From NCBI GenBank assembly GCA_041665025.1, contig JBAYJP010000004.1, positions 26,311-90,310 of the forward strand: a DNA stretch of 64,000 bases. The letters are read 5' to 3'. This stretch comes from Candidatus Magasanikiibacteriota bacterium (lineage in GTDB: Bacteria > Patescibacteriota > Patescibacteriia > Magasanikbacterales > UBA922). Shown here one piece after another: positions 28,522-37,997 of the stretch (the stretch's first letter is position 1; each line of letters begins with the position of its first letter). The notes under the pieces are model-generated. The model searched no databases, was not told the DNA's origin, and saw only the letters and a program-made list of their open reading frames with translations. Position numbers and translations under genes: made by a program.

Positions 28522-28902
28522 AATAGACTTGTATTTTTATCGAACAGGAAAATTTCGTAATTGGGACTATTGAACTTGTCGATTATATATTAAAATTGGC
28601 TAATTTAAGCCAATTTTTTGTTTTTCCCACAGGTGGTGTCTTGACAATAATGCTTGGGTATGTTATTATATGCTGTTATTTAACAGTAGACGAAAGTAAA
28701 AGTGATATAGAGGAATATGTGTTTTGTTGTCCTGTACAACGTAAACACATACTCTCCTGTATCGGTTTGTTAGTTTGTTGAATGTGGTTGTACAGTAATA
28801 GTAAAGAACACAATTCAATATACATCTCCCCAAAGAGACGAGGATTCAGAATCGTACATATTTAGAAGAAGTTTTGTGAAATAAATATGTATAATCCTGT
28901 AT

Positions 28903-29040
28903 CCACGACAAGCATGGGGGTGTGTTGTAGGGTAGCACAGGCTACGGCTCGTCTTTTCCTCTAACACACCTTCTTGGGTACGGGTAAGGTTCATCCTTAC
29001 ATGCAAATAGCCCTCCGGATAATCTCCGGAGGGTTTTGTT
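28903..29040 (+). ncRNA. candidate small RNA (extended -10 promoter to intrinsic terminator)
   Basis: TGtATAAT at 28888-28895. The ~135-nt interval has nested helices (ggtgtgtt...aacacacc, gtaagg..ccttac) and ends at the terminator at 29011-29040. No plausible ORF. Confidence 0.3.
29011..29040 (+). terminator. rho-independent terminator
   Basis: ccctccgga-taatc-tccggaggg followed by ttttgtt. Confidence 0.65.
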
Positions 29041-29295
29041 ATTGACAAAATAAGATATATGTGATATAGTGATCCGTTTATTATACACGCAATAGCAACA
29101 TTGTTGTGGTTCGTGTTGTAAACAACGTCCATTACAATTCACCACACTTTTTGTGAATAGAGTATTTGGGATTATTGAAAAATATTTTCAAATACTCTAT
29201 TCACGTGTCGCCCGAAGTTATCGGGTGAGTGATACTCGAGAAGACAGGAGAGTTCCAATACCGAGCAGAAGGGAACGACGAGCAAGCGTCTCGCC

Positions 29296-29664
29296 GTGGT
29301 TGTGCTGATCGGAGTGAACTTATGGCTCGCGGTCGCGTTGTATACGCCGTCGGCCATGGAGTCGATCCAGATCGAGCAGTGCGACATCACGGCAGGGTTC
29401 CTGCCGGGGAAGGAGGTGTACAGCTGCGATCTGTTCGACTACGATGCGAATTTCCTCGAGGCGATTGTGATCGAGGAAGATGAACGTTTCCAATGGCACT
29501 GCACCCTAGGCGTCGAGTATATCAGATGTATCGACGCGACGGGCCATGCGGTCTGGCCCGAGAAGAGCACGGCCATGTGCCCGTTCACGGGCAGCATGCC
29601 GAGCTGTCCCGAGGCCCTCGGGGGTGCTGCCGAGCCGATGGTGGTCGTGCTGCCGAGCCAGTGA
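29296..29664 (+). CDS. small secreted Cys-rich protein encoded in a high-GC island (likely horizontally acquired)
   Basis: Strong G/C third-position bias in this frame only. GTG start, hydrophobic N-terminus VVLIGVNLWLAVALY, 8 Cys, and a hairpin terminator ggtgacg..cgtcacc right after the stop. The overlapping ORFs in other frames are GC-induced artefacts. Confidence 0.5.
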   Translation: MVVLIGVNLWLAVALYTPSAMESIQIEQCDITAGFLPGKEVYSCDLFDYDANFLEAIVIEEDERFQWHCTLGVEYIRCIDATGHAVWPEKSTAMCPFTGSMPSCPEALGGAAEPMVVVLPSQ

Positions 29665-29896
29665 CGAGGAGGGGTGTGGTGATTCGGACCCGACCAAGTC
29701 GGGGCCGTGGACGCCATCGGTGACGCCGTCGTGAGACGATCGTCACCGGCCCTTCTTTTGTGTATCAATGTTGATATATAGAAGAAGAGAAAATATTTTT
29801 ATAAAAAAGACTGGCGTTAGACGTCAGTCTTTTGTTTCTATAAACATGTGGTAGGAAAGATTCCTCCCCGCCTTGGGCGGATCGGAATGAACTTAT

Positions 29897-30505
29897 TTAC
29901 TCAATCATTTTATCCACTATACCATATTCAACCGATTCTTTTGCAGTCAAGAAATAATCTCGATCAGTATCTTTTTCAACTTTTGCTATTTCTTGTCCTG
30001 TATGTTTTGACAGGATATGGTTTAATTGGTCTTTGGTTTTCAAGATGCGTTCTGCATGAATTTTTATATCACTTGCTTGGCCTTGCATGCCACCCATGAC
30101 TTGGTGGATCATGACTTCACTGTTGGGAAGACAAAATCGTTTCCCTTTTTTGCCCGCTGCCAATAGCACTGACGCCATACTGGCTGCAAGCCCGATACAC
30201 ACTGTCGAAACATCGGATTTGATGTATTGCATGGTATCGTACACCGCAAGCCCAGCAGTGACTGAACCACCAGGAGAATTGATGTACAATTTGATATCCT
30301 TATCCGGGTCTTGGTTATCCAAAAAGAGTAATTGCGCAATGACAATATTTGCCACATGATCATCTATTTCTGTACCAAGGAAAATAATACGGTCCTTGAG
30401 CAGGCGTGAATAAATGTCATAGGCTCGTTCGCCGTACGATGTCTTTTCAATAACTGTTGGAACGAGGATTTGGTTATGGAGTGGGGATAATGTGTCGATA
30501 GACAT
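29897..30505 (-). CDS. clpP: ATP-dependent Clp protease proteolytic subunit
   Basis: Catalytic Ser in GLAASMAS, plus His (MIHQ) and Asp. Length 202 aa. Confidence 0.92.
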   Translation of the reverse strand: MSIDTLSPLHNQILVPTVIEKTSYGERAYDIYSRLLKDRIIFLGTEIDDHVANIVIAQLLFLDNQDPDKDIKLYINSPGGSVTAGLAVYDTMQYIKSDVSTVCIGLAASMASVLLAAGKKGKRFCLPNSEVMIHQVMGGMQGQASDIKIHAERILKTKDQLNHILSKHTGQEIAKVEKDTDRDYFLTAKESVEYGIVDKMIE

Positions 30506-30514
30506 ATTTTATTG

Positions 30515-30548
30515 TTAATAGTAAGATCAGAAGATCGAAAGATCATTT
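30515..30548. repeat. inverted repeat flanking four-helix-bundle gene (aagatc x3)
   Basis: taagatcagaagatcgaaagatcat. Its partner lies at 30899-30942 (atgatcttttgatcttacgatctta). Confidence 0.6.
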
Positions 30549-30899
30549 TTTGAGTGAATTAATATACAAATTAAGATCTTTTGTAAGTTGTTTATACAGA
30601 TTATTTATATGAATAAATTCTTCTTTTGTTAAATAATTTTTGCCGAATGCTACAGACAAGTGACTTCTTGCTTCGGCTATTTCACCGCGTGATATATACA
30701 GAATTCTTTTTTTGTCTGCATAATAAAATCTTCCATGAGATTCAGCTATATTCGCAATGATACTATTTGCAGATCGTACTGTCTGTGACACGAGAGCATA
30801 TTTTTCCCATTCAGGATATTTTTCCGTAATGGTATATACATACATAAGAGCATTATAGCCATTTTTCCATATACCAAGCTCATAAAACTCTTTGTACAT
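30543..30899 (-). CDS. four-helix-bundle protein (23S rRNA intervening-sequence protein family), second copy
   Basis: 118 aa with ANIAESHGRFYYADK... pattern, homologous to the protein at 19492-19845. Confidence 0.8.
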   Translation of the reverse strand: MYKEFYELGIWKNGYNALMYVYTITEKYPEWEKYALVSQTVRSANSIIANIAESHGRFYYADKKRILYISRGEIAEARSHLSVAFGKNYLTKEEFIHINNLYKQLTKDLNLYINSLKK

Positions 30900-30942
30900 A
30901 TATGATCTTTTGATCTTACGATCTTATAATCATATAGTACTT
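30899..30942. repeat. inverted repeat partner (aagatc-type)
   Basis: Reverse complement of 30515-30548 with 2-3 mismatches. Confidence 0.6.
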
Positions 30943-30945
30943 TAT

Positions 30946-31920
30946 TTATGCCATTTTTTCAATTGTAGATAAGACTTCCCGCAAAGCACTATCCATTGTC
31001 CCCGACACACTAAATCCCGCCGCCTTCTTGTGTCCACCGCCACCAAACGCATGTGCAATATGTGAAACATCAATATCATCGCGCGTAGTACGCATGCTTA
31101 TTTTAATAGTATTGTCATTTCTTTCTCTAAATACAAGCGTGGCTCTCCCTTCTGACAAATTATTCATAAGATTGGCAATGCCCTCGAGTTCTGGTTCGGT
31201 AATATGATATATATTCATGTCTTCTTGCGTTACATAGGTATACACCATATCTGTCTTTTCATCATGCATAAGCCGGTTTAATATAATGCCCCAGATCTTG
31301 AGCGTTTCAAATCTTTTATCATGTAGTAAATTTTTTCTGATAAGCGAGATATGAGCTCCTTTTTTTACGAGGCTGCTTGCAATAGACAGTGCTTTGCGCG
31401 AAGTCCCTGAATTGGAAAAGTTTGTCGTATCAGTAAATAATCCGGTGAGAAGCGCAGTTGCTATGTCAGGAGTAATTCTAATTCCATTTTGCACCATGTA
31501 ATAGTATATGACTTCTGTGGTTGAGGAAGCTTGTTCAATAATAAGCTTGTAATCCCCATAACCAGCATTGGTGCGATGATGATCTATGTTTATAAGAGGA
31601 TATATTTTTTCTTTTGGCAGGAATGGCTCGATTCCTGCGTACTTCAGATCTCCCGAATCACATACAATTATCGCACCCCAGTTTTGTTTGAATAATTCTG
31701 TGTCTTGCGATGTTTCTAAAATATAGGGTATATAGTGGAATTGTGCAGGAATAGGGGAGACGCAAAATAATTGGAATTTTTTACCGAGTGATTGGAGCAT
31801 GCCAGCCATGGCAGAAAGAGAACCAACCGCGTCACCGTCTGGATTTTGATGTGCCACAACCAAAAAGTTGTCATGTTCAGTGATGATATTGTGAATGAGT
31901 TTTGTTGTTCTTTCCAACAT
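30946..31920 (-). CDS. nrnA: DHH/DHHA1 phosphoesterase (NrnA-like oligoribonuclease/pAp phosphatase)
   Basis: Motifs HQNPDGDAVGS, DHH and GGGGH..AAG. Confidence 0.75.
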   Translation of the reverse strand: MLERTTKLIHNIITEHDNFLVVAHQNPDGDAVGSLSAMAGMLQSLGKKFQLFCVSPIPAQFHYIPYILETSQDTELFKQNWGAIIVCDSGDLKYAGIEPFLPKEKIYPLINIDHHRTNAGYGDYKLIIEQASSTTEVIYYYMVQNGIRITPDIATALLTGLFTDTTNFSNSGTSRKALSIASSLVKKGAHISLIRKNLLHDKRFETLKIWGIILNRLMHDEKTDMVYTYVTQEDMNIYHITEPELEGIANLMNNLSEGRATLVFRERNDNTIKISMRTTRDDIDVSHIAHAFGGGGHKKAAGFSVSGTMDSALREVLSTIEKMA

Positions 31921-32174
31921 ATGCGGTAAACAACTTGTATTAGTCCAGGTAGAACACAGATTTAACAGATGAAACAGATTTTAACAGATCCGTTTGTATC
32001 AGTTTGATCCGTTAAATCCGTGTTCTATTAAGTAGTCTTAGTAAGACCCATATCTCTTACGAGAGCTAGACAGTATATAAGAGTTTTATATTGTTGTCAA
32101 GCTCTCATAGAGGGTGTATACTATCTCTGTTTTTATTTGAATTTTGACATTTGAGTTTTGAGTTTGTCATAAAT

Positions 32175-35100
32175 ATGTACGTTAAACGTATAGAAATAAA
32201 TGGCTTCAAATCGTTTGCATCACATGCAGTGCTTGAGTTTGTTGCACCCCATATTGGCAGGCATAGTATTACGGCAATTGTAGGTCCAAATGGGGCCGGA
32301 AAGAGCAATATTGTGGATGCGATTCGCTGGGTATTGGGCGAACAAAGTATGAAAAATCTTCGCGGTAAAAAAAGCGAAGATATTATTTTTGCTGGTTCTG
32401 TGGGCAAAGGCAGAATGAGTTTGGCAAGCGTTACCATGGTCCTCGATAATGTGGATCACCGCGCGCCTATTGAATACGAAGAATTGATAATTTCTCGCCG
32501 GTTCTATCGCACGGGTGAGAGTGAATATATACTCAATGAAAATCCTGTTCGCTTATTGGATTTGCAAATTTTATTAGCCCAAGCCCAATTTGGGCAAGGA
32601 TCGTATTCACTCATTGGACAAGGAACGATTGACCGACTGTTACTTCAAACTCCTGCAGAACGAAAAGGATTTTTTGACGAAGCGGTAGGTATAAAAGAAT
32701 TTCAAATCAAACGGCATCATGCCATGCTCAAACTAACGCATACCAAAGAAAATGTTACTAAAGCACAAGCTCTATTACAAGAAATTGAACCGCGCCTCAA
32801 ATCGCTTAAGCGCCAAGTGAACAAACTTGAAAAAAGACAAGAAGTAGAAATTTCTCTGCGCGATTGGCAGGAACAATATTATTATACGCAACATAAGAAA
32901 CTGGCTTCGACAATCGCAGATATTCAATCGCAGTACGACGAATTGAATAGCGTATACACCGAATTATCAAAACAATTGTCATCTATCCAGCATGAACTTG
33001 CACGTTTGGCACAAGAAAAATCCCGCGGAGAAATGTTTGTGGAGTTACAGCGTGAGTATCAAGAACTTGTGCAAAAGAAAAATGATTTTGAGCGTGAATA
33101 TGCACAGCTTTCGGGAAAACTCCAAACTGAATATACAAAAGCGGGACAGCAAAATATTAGTTGGCTTGAACAAAAAGTTGATGAATTAAGCATACAAGAA
33201 AAAGATTTAAAACAAGAACTTCAGCGCATGCGCAACGAGCGCGCTGGATTTCAAAGCAACATCCTCACTATTCAGCAGACACTCGATGAAATTCAGCAAA
33301 AACGCGTGTTACTCCATAATGAACGGCTGCGTTTGGAACAGCAAGCTCGCGATATTGAACAAGGCAAGGATTTGTCGCAAATAGAAGGTCTGCGCGCAGT
33401 GAGCGCTATACTTCGCGAGCGAGATATTGTAGCGCAGGGTGCTATTCATGGCATGGTGGCGGAACTTGCAACAGTCGATGATACATATCGTTTGGCTCTA
33501 GAAGTCGCGGCACAAAGTCATCTTACCTCGATTGTCGTAGAAAATGATCGCGTGGCTCAAACATGTATTGAATATTTGAAGAAAAAAGAATTGGGCGTGG
33601 GAACCTTTTTACCACTCAATACGATCAAAGGACGTCTTATTCCCAATGATGTCAGAGACCTGGAGCATCACGACGGCGTGTGTGGACTTGCGACTAATTT
33701 GGTAAATTATAATGCAAAATTTGAAAATATTTTTTCATACGTGTTTGGTTCCACACTTGTCATTGATTCGATTGAGACTGCGCGTATGATTGGTATTGGG
33801 CGTGTGCGTATGGTAACGCTCGAAGGTGATGTGTTTGAAGTCAGCGGTTCTATGAAAGGCGGGTATCGTCGCAAAATGCGTGGTGCAGTATCATTTGGAC
33901 ATGGTGGACGCGATGCCCAACATAATTCTCTTGAGCATATACGTGAACGCGTGCAAAAAATAGAACAAGAAATGATGCAGTTTGAACGGGATTATGAGAA
34001 CAAACGCGAACAGCTGATACAAGCCAAGACATCGGATAGTATTGCGGAAGAAAAATTATCACTTCTCGAGACACGCATGCGCGAGATAACGCAAGAATTG
34101 TCTGGTTTGCAGCAAGAGCTTTCCTTGTTTACCTTGAATCCAGAAGAATACAAAACTCTGAAACATTCATTATCAACAGATCGTGATACCATTCGTGTGA
34201 ATATTGACGAACTTGAAAAAAAGATTACTGGTATTAATCAAAAGATGAATCGTCTGAATGCCGAGGAAGACGAAAAAAGAGCACGCATCTTTTCTTTGCA
34301 AGATGAAATGCAACACAAACAGCAAGAAGTAAATACGCATGGAGACAGGCGCCATTCATTGCAATTGGAAATTGCTAAATTGCAAACACATCAGGAAGAT
34401 TTGGAACAAGAAATATTCAATGAACTAAAAATGGGCGTTGTTGCTTTGTATGACAAAAAAGTTAAGATACTAGACGAACAAGAAACAGAACGCGCAAAAG
34501 TGGAAATTGAAAAATTAAAATATACCTTGAGTCTTATTGGAGGCATTGACGTGGAAGTCGTGGGTGAATTTGAAGAAACCAAACAGCGCTATGAAACATT
34601 ATCAAGTGAACTTGAAGATTTAAGTAAAGCATCAGAAGATTTGGAAGAAATGATCGTTGAACTTGATGAACTGATGAAAAAGAAACATGCCCAGGCTTTT
34701 AAGAAAATTAAAAAAGAATTTTCACGCTATTTTTCATTATTATTTGAAGGCGGTGAAGCAGAACTTGCGGAACTCTATGGCGAAGAAAAGAAAGAAGACG
34801 ATGAAACCGCACTTACGGCAGATTCACAGCCTGTGCTTGGTAGTGAAGAAGCAGGGGAGACTGAAACTTTGCACGTAGGTAAAAAGAAGCAGCAAATATT
34901 GCAGGGCGTTGAAGTGTTTGCATGTCCTCCAGGAAAGAAGATCAAAAATATTGCTGCACTTTCTGGTGGTGAACGCACACTCACATCGATCGCCCTACTT
35001 TGTGCCATTCTCAAAACCAATCCATCACCATTTGTCATTTTGGATGAGGTCGAAGCTGCACTCGATGAAGCAAACACTCTGCGCTTTACCAAAATTCTTC

Positions 35101-35249
35101 ACGAACTTGCAGAACAGTCACAGTTTATTGTCATCACGCATAACCGCGTTACTATGCACGCGGCAGACACACTCTATGGCGTGACCATGGGGAACGATGG
35201 GATGAGTAAGTTGGTGAGTGTGAAGCTTGATACGGTGAATGCAAAATGA
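32175..35249 (+). CDS. smc: chromosome segregation protein SMC
   Basis: N-terminal Walker A GPNGAGKSN, long coiled coils, a hinge, C-terminal signature LSGGER and Walker B ILDEVEAALD. The ATG at 32175 is preferred over the TTG at 32151. Confidence 0.9.
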   Translation: MYVKRIEINGFKSFASHAVLEFVAPHIGRHSITAIVGPNGAGKSNIVDAIRWVLGEQSMKNLRGKKSEDIIFAGSVGKGRMSLASVTMVLDNVDHRAPIEYEELIISRRFYRTGESEYILNENPVRLLDLQILLAQAQFGQGSYSLIGQGTIDRLLLQTPAERKGFFDEAVGIKEFQIKRHHAMLKLTHTKENVTKAQALLQEIEPRLKSLKRQVNKLEKRQEVEISLRDWQEQYYYTQHKKLASTIADIQSQYDELNSVYTELSKQLSSIQHELARLAQEKSRGEMFVELQREYQELVQKKNDFEREYAQLSGKLQTEYTKAGQQNISWLEQKVDELSIQEKDLKQELQRMRNERAGFQSNILTIQQTLDEIQQKRVLLHNERLRLEQQARDIEQGKDLSQIEGLRAVSAILRERDIVAQGAIHGMVAELATVDDTYRLALEVAAQSHLTSIVVENDRVAQTCIEYLKKKELGVGTFLPLNTIKGRLIPNDVRDLEHHDGVCGLATNLVNYNAKFENIFSYVFGSTLVIDSIETARMIGIGRVRMVTLEGDVFEVSGSMKGGYRRKMRGAVSFGHGGRDAQHNSLEHIRERVQKIEQEMMQFERDYENKREQLIQAKTSDSIAEEKLSLLETRMREITQELSGLQQELSLFTLNPEEYKTLKHSLSTDRDTIRVNIDELEKKITGINQKMNRLNAEEDEKRARIFSLQDEMQHKQQEVNTHGDRRHSLQLEIAKLQTHQEDLEQEIFNELKMGVVALYDKKVKILDEQETERAKVEIEKLKYTLSLIGGIDVEVVGEFEETKQRYETLSSELEDLSKASEDLEEMIVELDELMKKKHAQAFKKIKKEFSRYFSLLFEGGEAELAELYGEEKKEDDETALTADSQPVLGSEEAGETETLHVGKKKQQILQGVEVFACPPGKKIKNIAALSGGERTLTSIALLCAILKTNPSPFVILDEVEAALDEANTLRFTKILHELAEQSQFIVITHNRVTMHAADTLYGVTMGNDGMSKLVSVKLDTVNAK

Positions 35250-35383
35250 TGAATTGTGAGACCAAATAAAAAAACCACTAGTGAGAATTGGTGGTTTTTA
35301 AGTTAATGAGATTGCGAGTCATTGTTATCGGATGAAGTAGTAATAAATCGGTCTCTCATCAATTCTATAAATTTTGTAAATTA

Positions 35384-35683
35384 TTATTTAAGTTTTTTTA
35401 ATCCTCTTGTTAATAAATCGACAGGTAATTCAGTATTTGGTGCTGATCTGTAGGATACTGGTTTGTGAGATTCTCTAGGTAGAATGGGTTTTTTTTCACC
35501 TATCTCTTCTCTTAGGGCATCAAGCGTAACCCCGACAAATATACATATTTCCTCTCGTGTTTTAATGTCTTTAATTCCTCGTTCATTCAATAAATGAAAG
35601 ACACGTGAGCGATCACCATGAGGACCAATAGCGTTAGCGATTTCTTTAGAGATATCTCTAATATTAATTTTTTCTTTTGACAT
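35384..35683 (-). CDS. hypothetical small protein
   Basis: A 99-aa ORF on the opposite strand between smc and rpsP with no recognisable motif. Confidence 0.3.
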   Translation of the reverse strand: MSKEKINIRDISKEIANAIGPHGDRSRVFHLLNERGIKDIKTREEICIFVGVTLDALREEIGEKKPILPRESHKPVSYRSAPNTELPVDLLTRGLKKLK

Positions 35684-35973
35684 ATAATAATTGAATTAAA
35701 TAAGAGACCTTAGACTAATACACAATGATTATTATACCTTTGGTTTATACACCCTAATTTTATTATATCAAATATGCATTTTTTGCCAACTGTTTAGTAT
35801 TATTAATAGTTTTTGGTATTTAGTATCTTTTTTTCTCTCGTTCAAGCCAAGAACTTGACATGATTAGGGTCCTGTGGTATCCTTTGGAGCGTATAAACCG
35901 TCGCCCGTCCTTCTTAAAAAGCGGGCAAACATCGCTCTCACGATATCGGTTTTAATAAATAATAAGAATAATT

Positions 35974-36309
35974 ATGTTAATGATTCGATTACAGCGGGTA
36001 GGCAAGAAGAAACAACCAAGCTATCGTTTTATTGTTTCTGACAAATTGCACGATACCCAATCAAAGAACGTAGAAGTCTTGGGGATTTACAATCCAATGG
36101 TCAAACCAAAGGTTATTGAACTCAAGAAAGAACGAGTTGAATATTGGCTCAAGGTTGGTGCACAAATGTCGAGCACGGTTAATAATTTGTTTATTACGCA
36201 AGGCATTATCAAAGACGGAAAAAAGAAAAAATCAGTTTTTTTGAGCACACGTAGAAAAGTAAAAATTGCGGCAAAGAAGGAAAAACCAGCTGAAGCGCCA
36301 GCGGCTTAA
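35974..36309 (+). CDS. rpsP: 30S ribosomal protein S16
   Basis: IRLQRVGKKKQPSYRFIV... fits the bS16 N-terminus. Lys-rich C-terminal tail. Confidence 0.9.
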   Translation: MLMIRLQRVGKKKQPSYRFIVSDKLHDTQSKNVEVLGIYNPMVKPKVIELKKERVEYWLKVGAQMSSTVNNLFITQGIIKDGKKKKSVFLSTRRKVKIAAKKEKPAEAPAA

Positions 36310-36362
36310 ATTTAGATACGAACTACGAAAGCATACGAAATTACGAACTACGGATAGAATAG
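36310..36362. repeat. TACGAAA-family element (divergent, partial)
   Basis: atacgaactacgaaagcatacgaaattacgaactacgg. Confidence 0.5.
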
Positions 36363-36506
36363 GACGACCTTTACAAATAGTTTGATAGAGAGAAAAGAAA
36401 TGCTTGACGCAGTAACAAGATTTTGATACTATAATTTCATTGGATTGGTACTGTAGTCGAACATACCATTCAAGATATTTATTCAACTGTAACTTTAAGA
36501 AACGAT

Positions 36507-36839
36507 ATGGCATCATATCAAGATCAAGAATTCCTTGAAGTAATTATCAAGGCAATCGTGAATAACCCAGACAAGGTAAAGAGCACTCGCACCGTTGATG
36601 AACGTGGCGTACTTATCACCTTGGATGTAGAGCCAACAGACATTGGATATGTTATCGGCCGCCGTGGCAACACTGTCCGCGCTATCCGAACCTTACTCAA
36701 GGTTGTCGGCGCAAAGAACAATGCACTCGTAAATTTGAAAATCAATGAACCAGAAGGTGGACGTCGCAGTACTCGTCCAATGGGTACTATGGGCAATGAC
36801 GAAGTCGACACAAGCGCAATTGATAATCTTAGCATCTAA
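36507..36839 (+). CDS. khpA: KH-domain RNA-binding protein (KhpA/YlqC-like, UPF0109)
   Basis: GYVIGRRGNTVRAIRTLL has the KH GxxG loop. Conserved position after rpsP. Confidence 0.8.
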   Translation: MASYQDQEFLEVIIKAIVNNPDKVKSTRTVDERGVLITLDVEPTDIGYVIGRRGNTVRAIRTLLKVVGAKNNALVNLKINEPEGGRRSTRPMGTMGNDEVDTSAIDNLSI

Positions 36840-36856
36840 GATACATCATATTCAAA

Positions 36857-36890
36857 ACCTCCCGTGGAAACATGGGAGGTTTTATTTTTT
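36857..36890 (+). terminator. rho-independent terminator
   Basis: cctcccgtg-gaaa-catgggagg followed by ttttattttttt. Confidence 0.7.
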
Positions 36891-36943
36891 TAGCATTGAT
36901 GACACTTAAATAAAAAACCTCTATATGGAAATAGAAGTTTTTG

Positions 36944-37017
36944 TGGGCGTGCCTGGAATCGAACCGGGGACCTCGTCATTATCAGTGACGCGCTCTAACC
37001 AACTGAGCTACACGCCC
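36944..37017 (-). tRNA. tRNA-Ile (anticodon GAU)
   Basis: Acceptor GGGCGUG/CACGCCC, anticodon loop CUGAUAA, T-loop UUCGAUU with one C.A mismatch in the T stem. CCA not encoded. Confidence 0.8.
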
Positions 37018-37068
37018 TTTTTATGGGCTTTATAATACTAAATATATATAAAAAGATCAAGTTCTCGT

Positions 37069-37141
37069 GGACCCAAGTGGAGTTGAACCACTGACCTTCG
37101 CAATGTCAATGCGACGCTCTAACCAACTGAGCTATGAGTCC
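37069..37141 (-). tRNA. tRNA-Val (anticodon GAC)
   Basis: Acceptor GGACUCA/UGGGUCC, anticodon loop UUGACAU, T-arm AGUGG-UUCAACU-CCACU. Confidence 0.8.
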
Positions 37142-37266
37142 TTCTGGTGTGTGTGAAAGACTAGCATATTATACTTAAAAAAAAATAAAAGTCAACAGTA
37201 TTGATTTTATTCAAAAAGTAAGATATACTGCCTATATTCTCATGATTATATTTATGATCATTTTTT

Positions 37267-37911
37267 ATGGTAAAACAAGACTCTTCAGAGATCGAAAAAA
37301 TTCAAAATGAAGAAGGGGTAGAGCAAATCAATAACCTTGATGAAATTCATGAAAAAGGCTTTCTCAATAAGGCCGGTTTGTTTTTTTTGGAAGTAATCAA
37401 AATTGTCGTACTCGCAGGCATTACTATTGGCTTAGTCAGGTATTTTCTCTTTAAGCCTTTTTATGTAAAAGGCCAGTCCATGGAGCCGACATTTTATGAA
37501 CGAGATTATCTTATTATCGATGAAATTACCTATAGATTTCGTTTGCCAGAACGGGGTGAAGTAGTTGTTCTAGATTCACCAGTCAATAGTGACCATTATT
37601 TAAAAAGAATTGTCGGAGTTCCTGGTGATCGTGTAAAAGTAGAGGAAGGAAAAGTTATTATATATAATGACACATACCCTCGCGGTTGGGTACTTGAGGA
37701 AGAATATGTGACAGAAAATACTCCGGGGTCTTTGAGTATCACGCTTGGAGATAATCAATATTTTGTTTTGGGGGATAATCGTGATGCAAGTTATGATTCC
37801 CGTCGTTTTGGTGCTATCAACCGTAGTGAGATTATCGGACGCGTATGGCTACGCGGATGGCCATTTAGCCGTGTGTCTACGTTTACCGTGCCAGAATATA
37901 CACAGAGTTAA
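37267..37911 (+). CDS. lepB: signal peptidase I
   Basis: Catalytic Ser box GQSMEPTF, RIVGVPGD, and VLGDNRDASYDSR (Lys box region). Confidence 0.85.
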   Translation: MVKQDSSEIEKIQNEEGVEQINNLDEIHEKGFLNKAGLFFLEVIKIVVLAGITIGLVRYFLFKPFYVKGQSMEPTFYERDYLIIDEITYRFRLPERGEVVVLDSPVNSDHYLKRIVGVPGDRVKVEEGKVIIYNDTYPRGWVLEEEYVTENTPGSLSITLGDNQYFVLGDNRDASYDSRRFGAINRSEIIGRVWLRGWPFSRVSTFTVPEYTQS

Positions 37912-37997
37912 AAGTTGTAAAGTTTTGTATATAACTTACAACATTATAACTTTATAACTTGGAACATTATAACTTTACGACTTTAATTATTTTTAGT

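Noticed and set aside
28596-28781. 61-aa ORF between the GC-rich hairpin element and the sRNA candidate
   Set aside because: No RBS, Cys/Leu-rich composition typical of AT-rich noise, and no conservation cue. Left unannotated.
29229-29768. Multiple overlapping ORFs on both strands in the high-GC island (29229-29483, 29439-29768, 29493-29723, 29506-29697, 29546-29734)
   Set aside because: High GC suppresses stop codons in all frames. Only the 29296-29664 frame shows coding-like GC3 periodicity and a signal-peptide-like N-terminus.
35700-35973. Ribosomal-protein leader or riboswitch upstream of rpsP
   Set aside because: There is a plausible promoter (ttgaca-17-tatcct) and a small hairpin (gcccg..cgggc), but no recognisable riboswitch consensus. 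Support is too weak to call.
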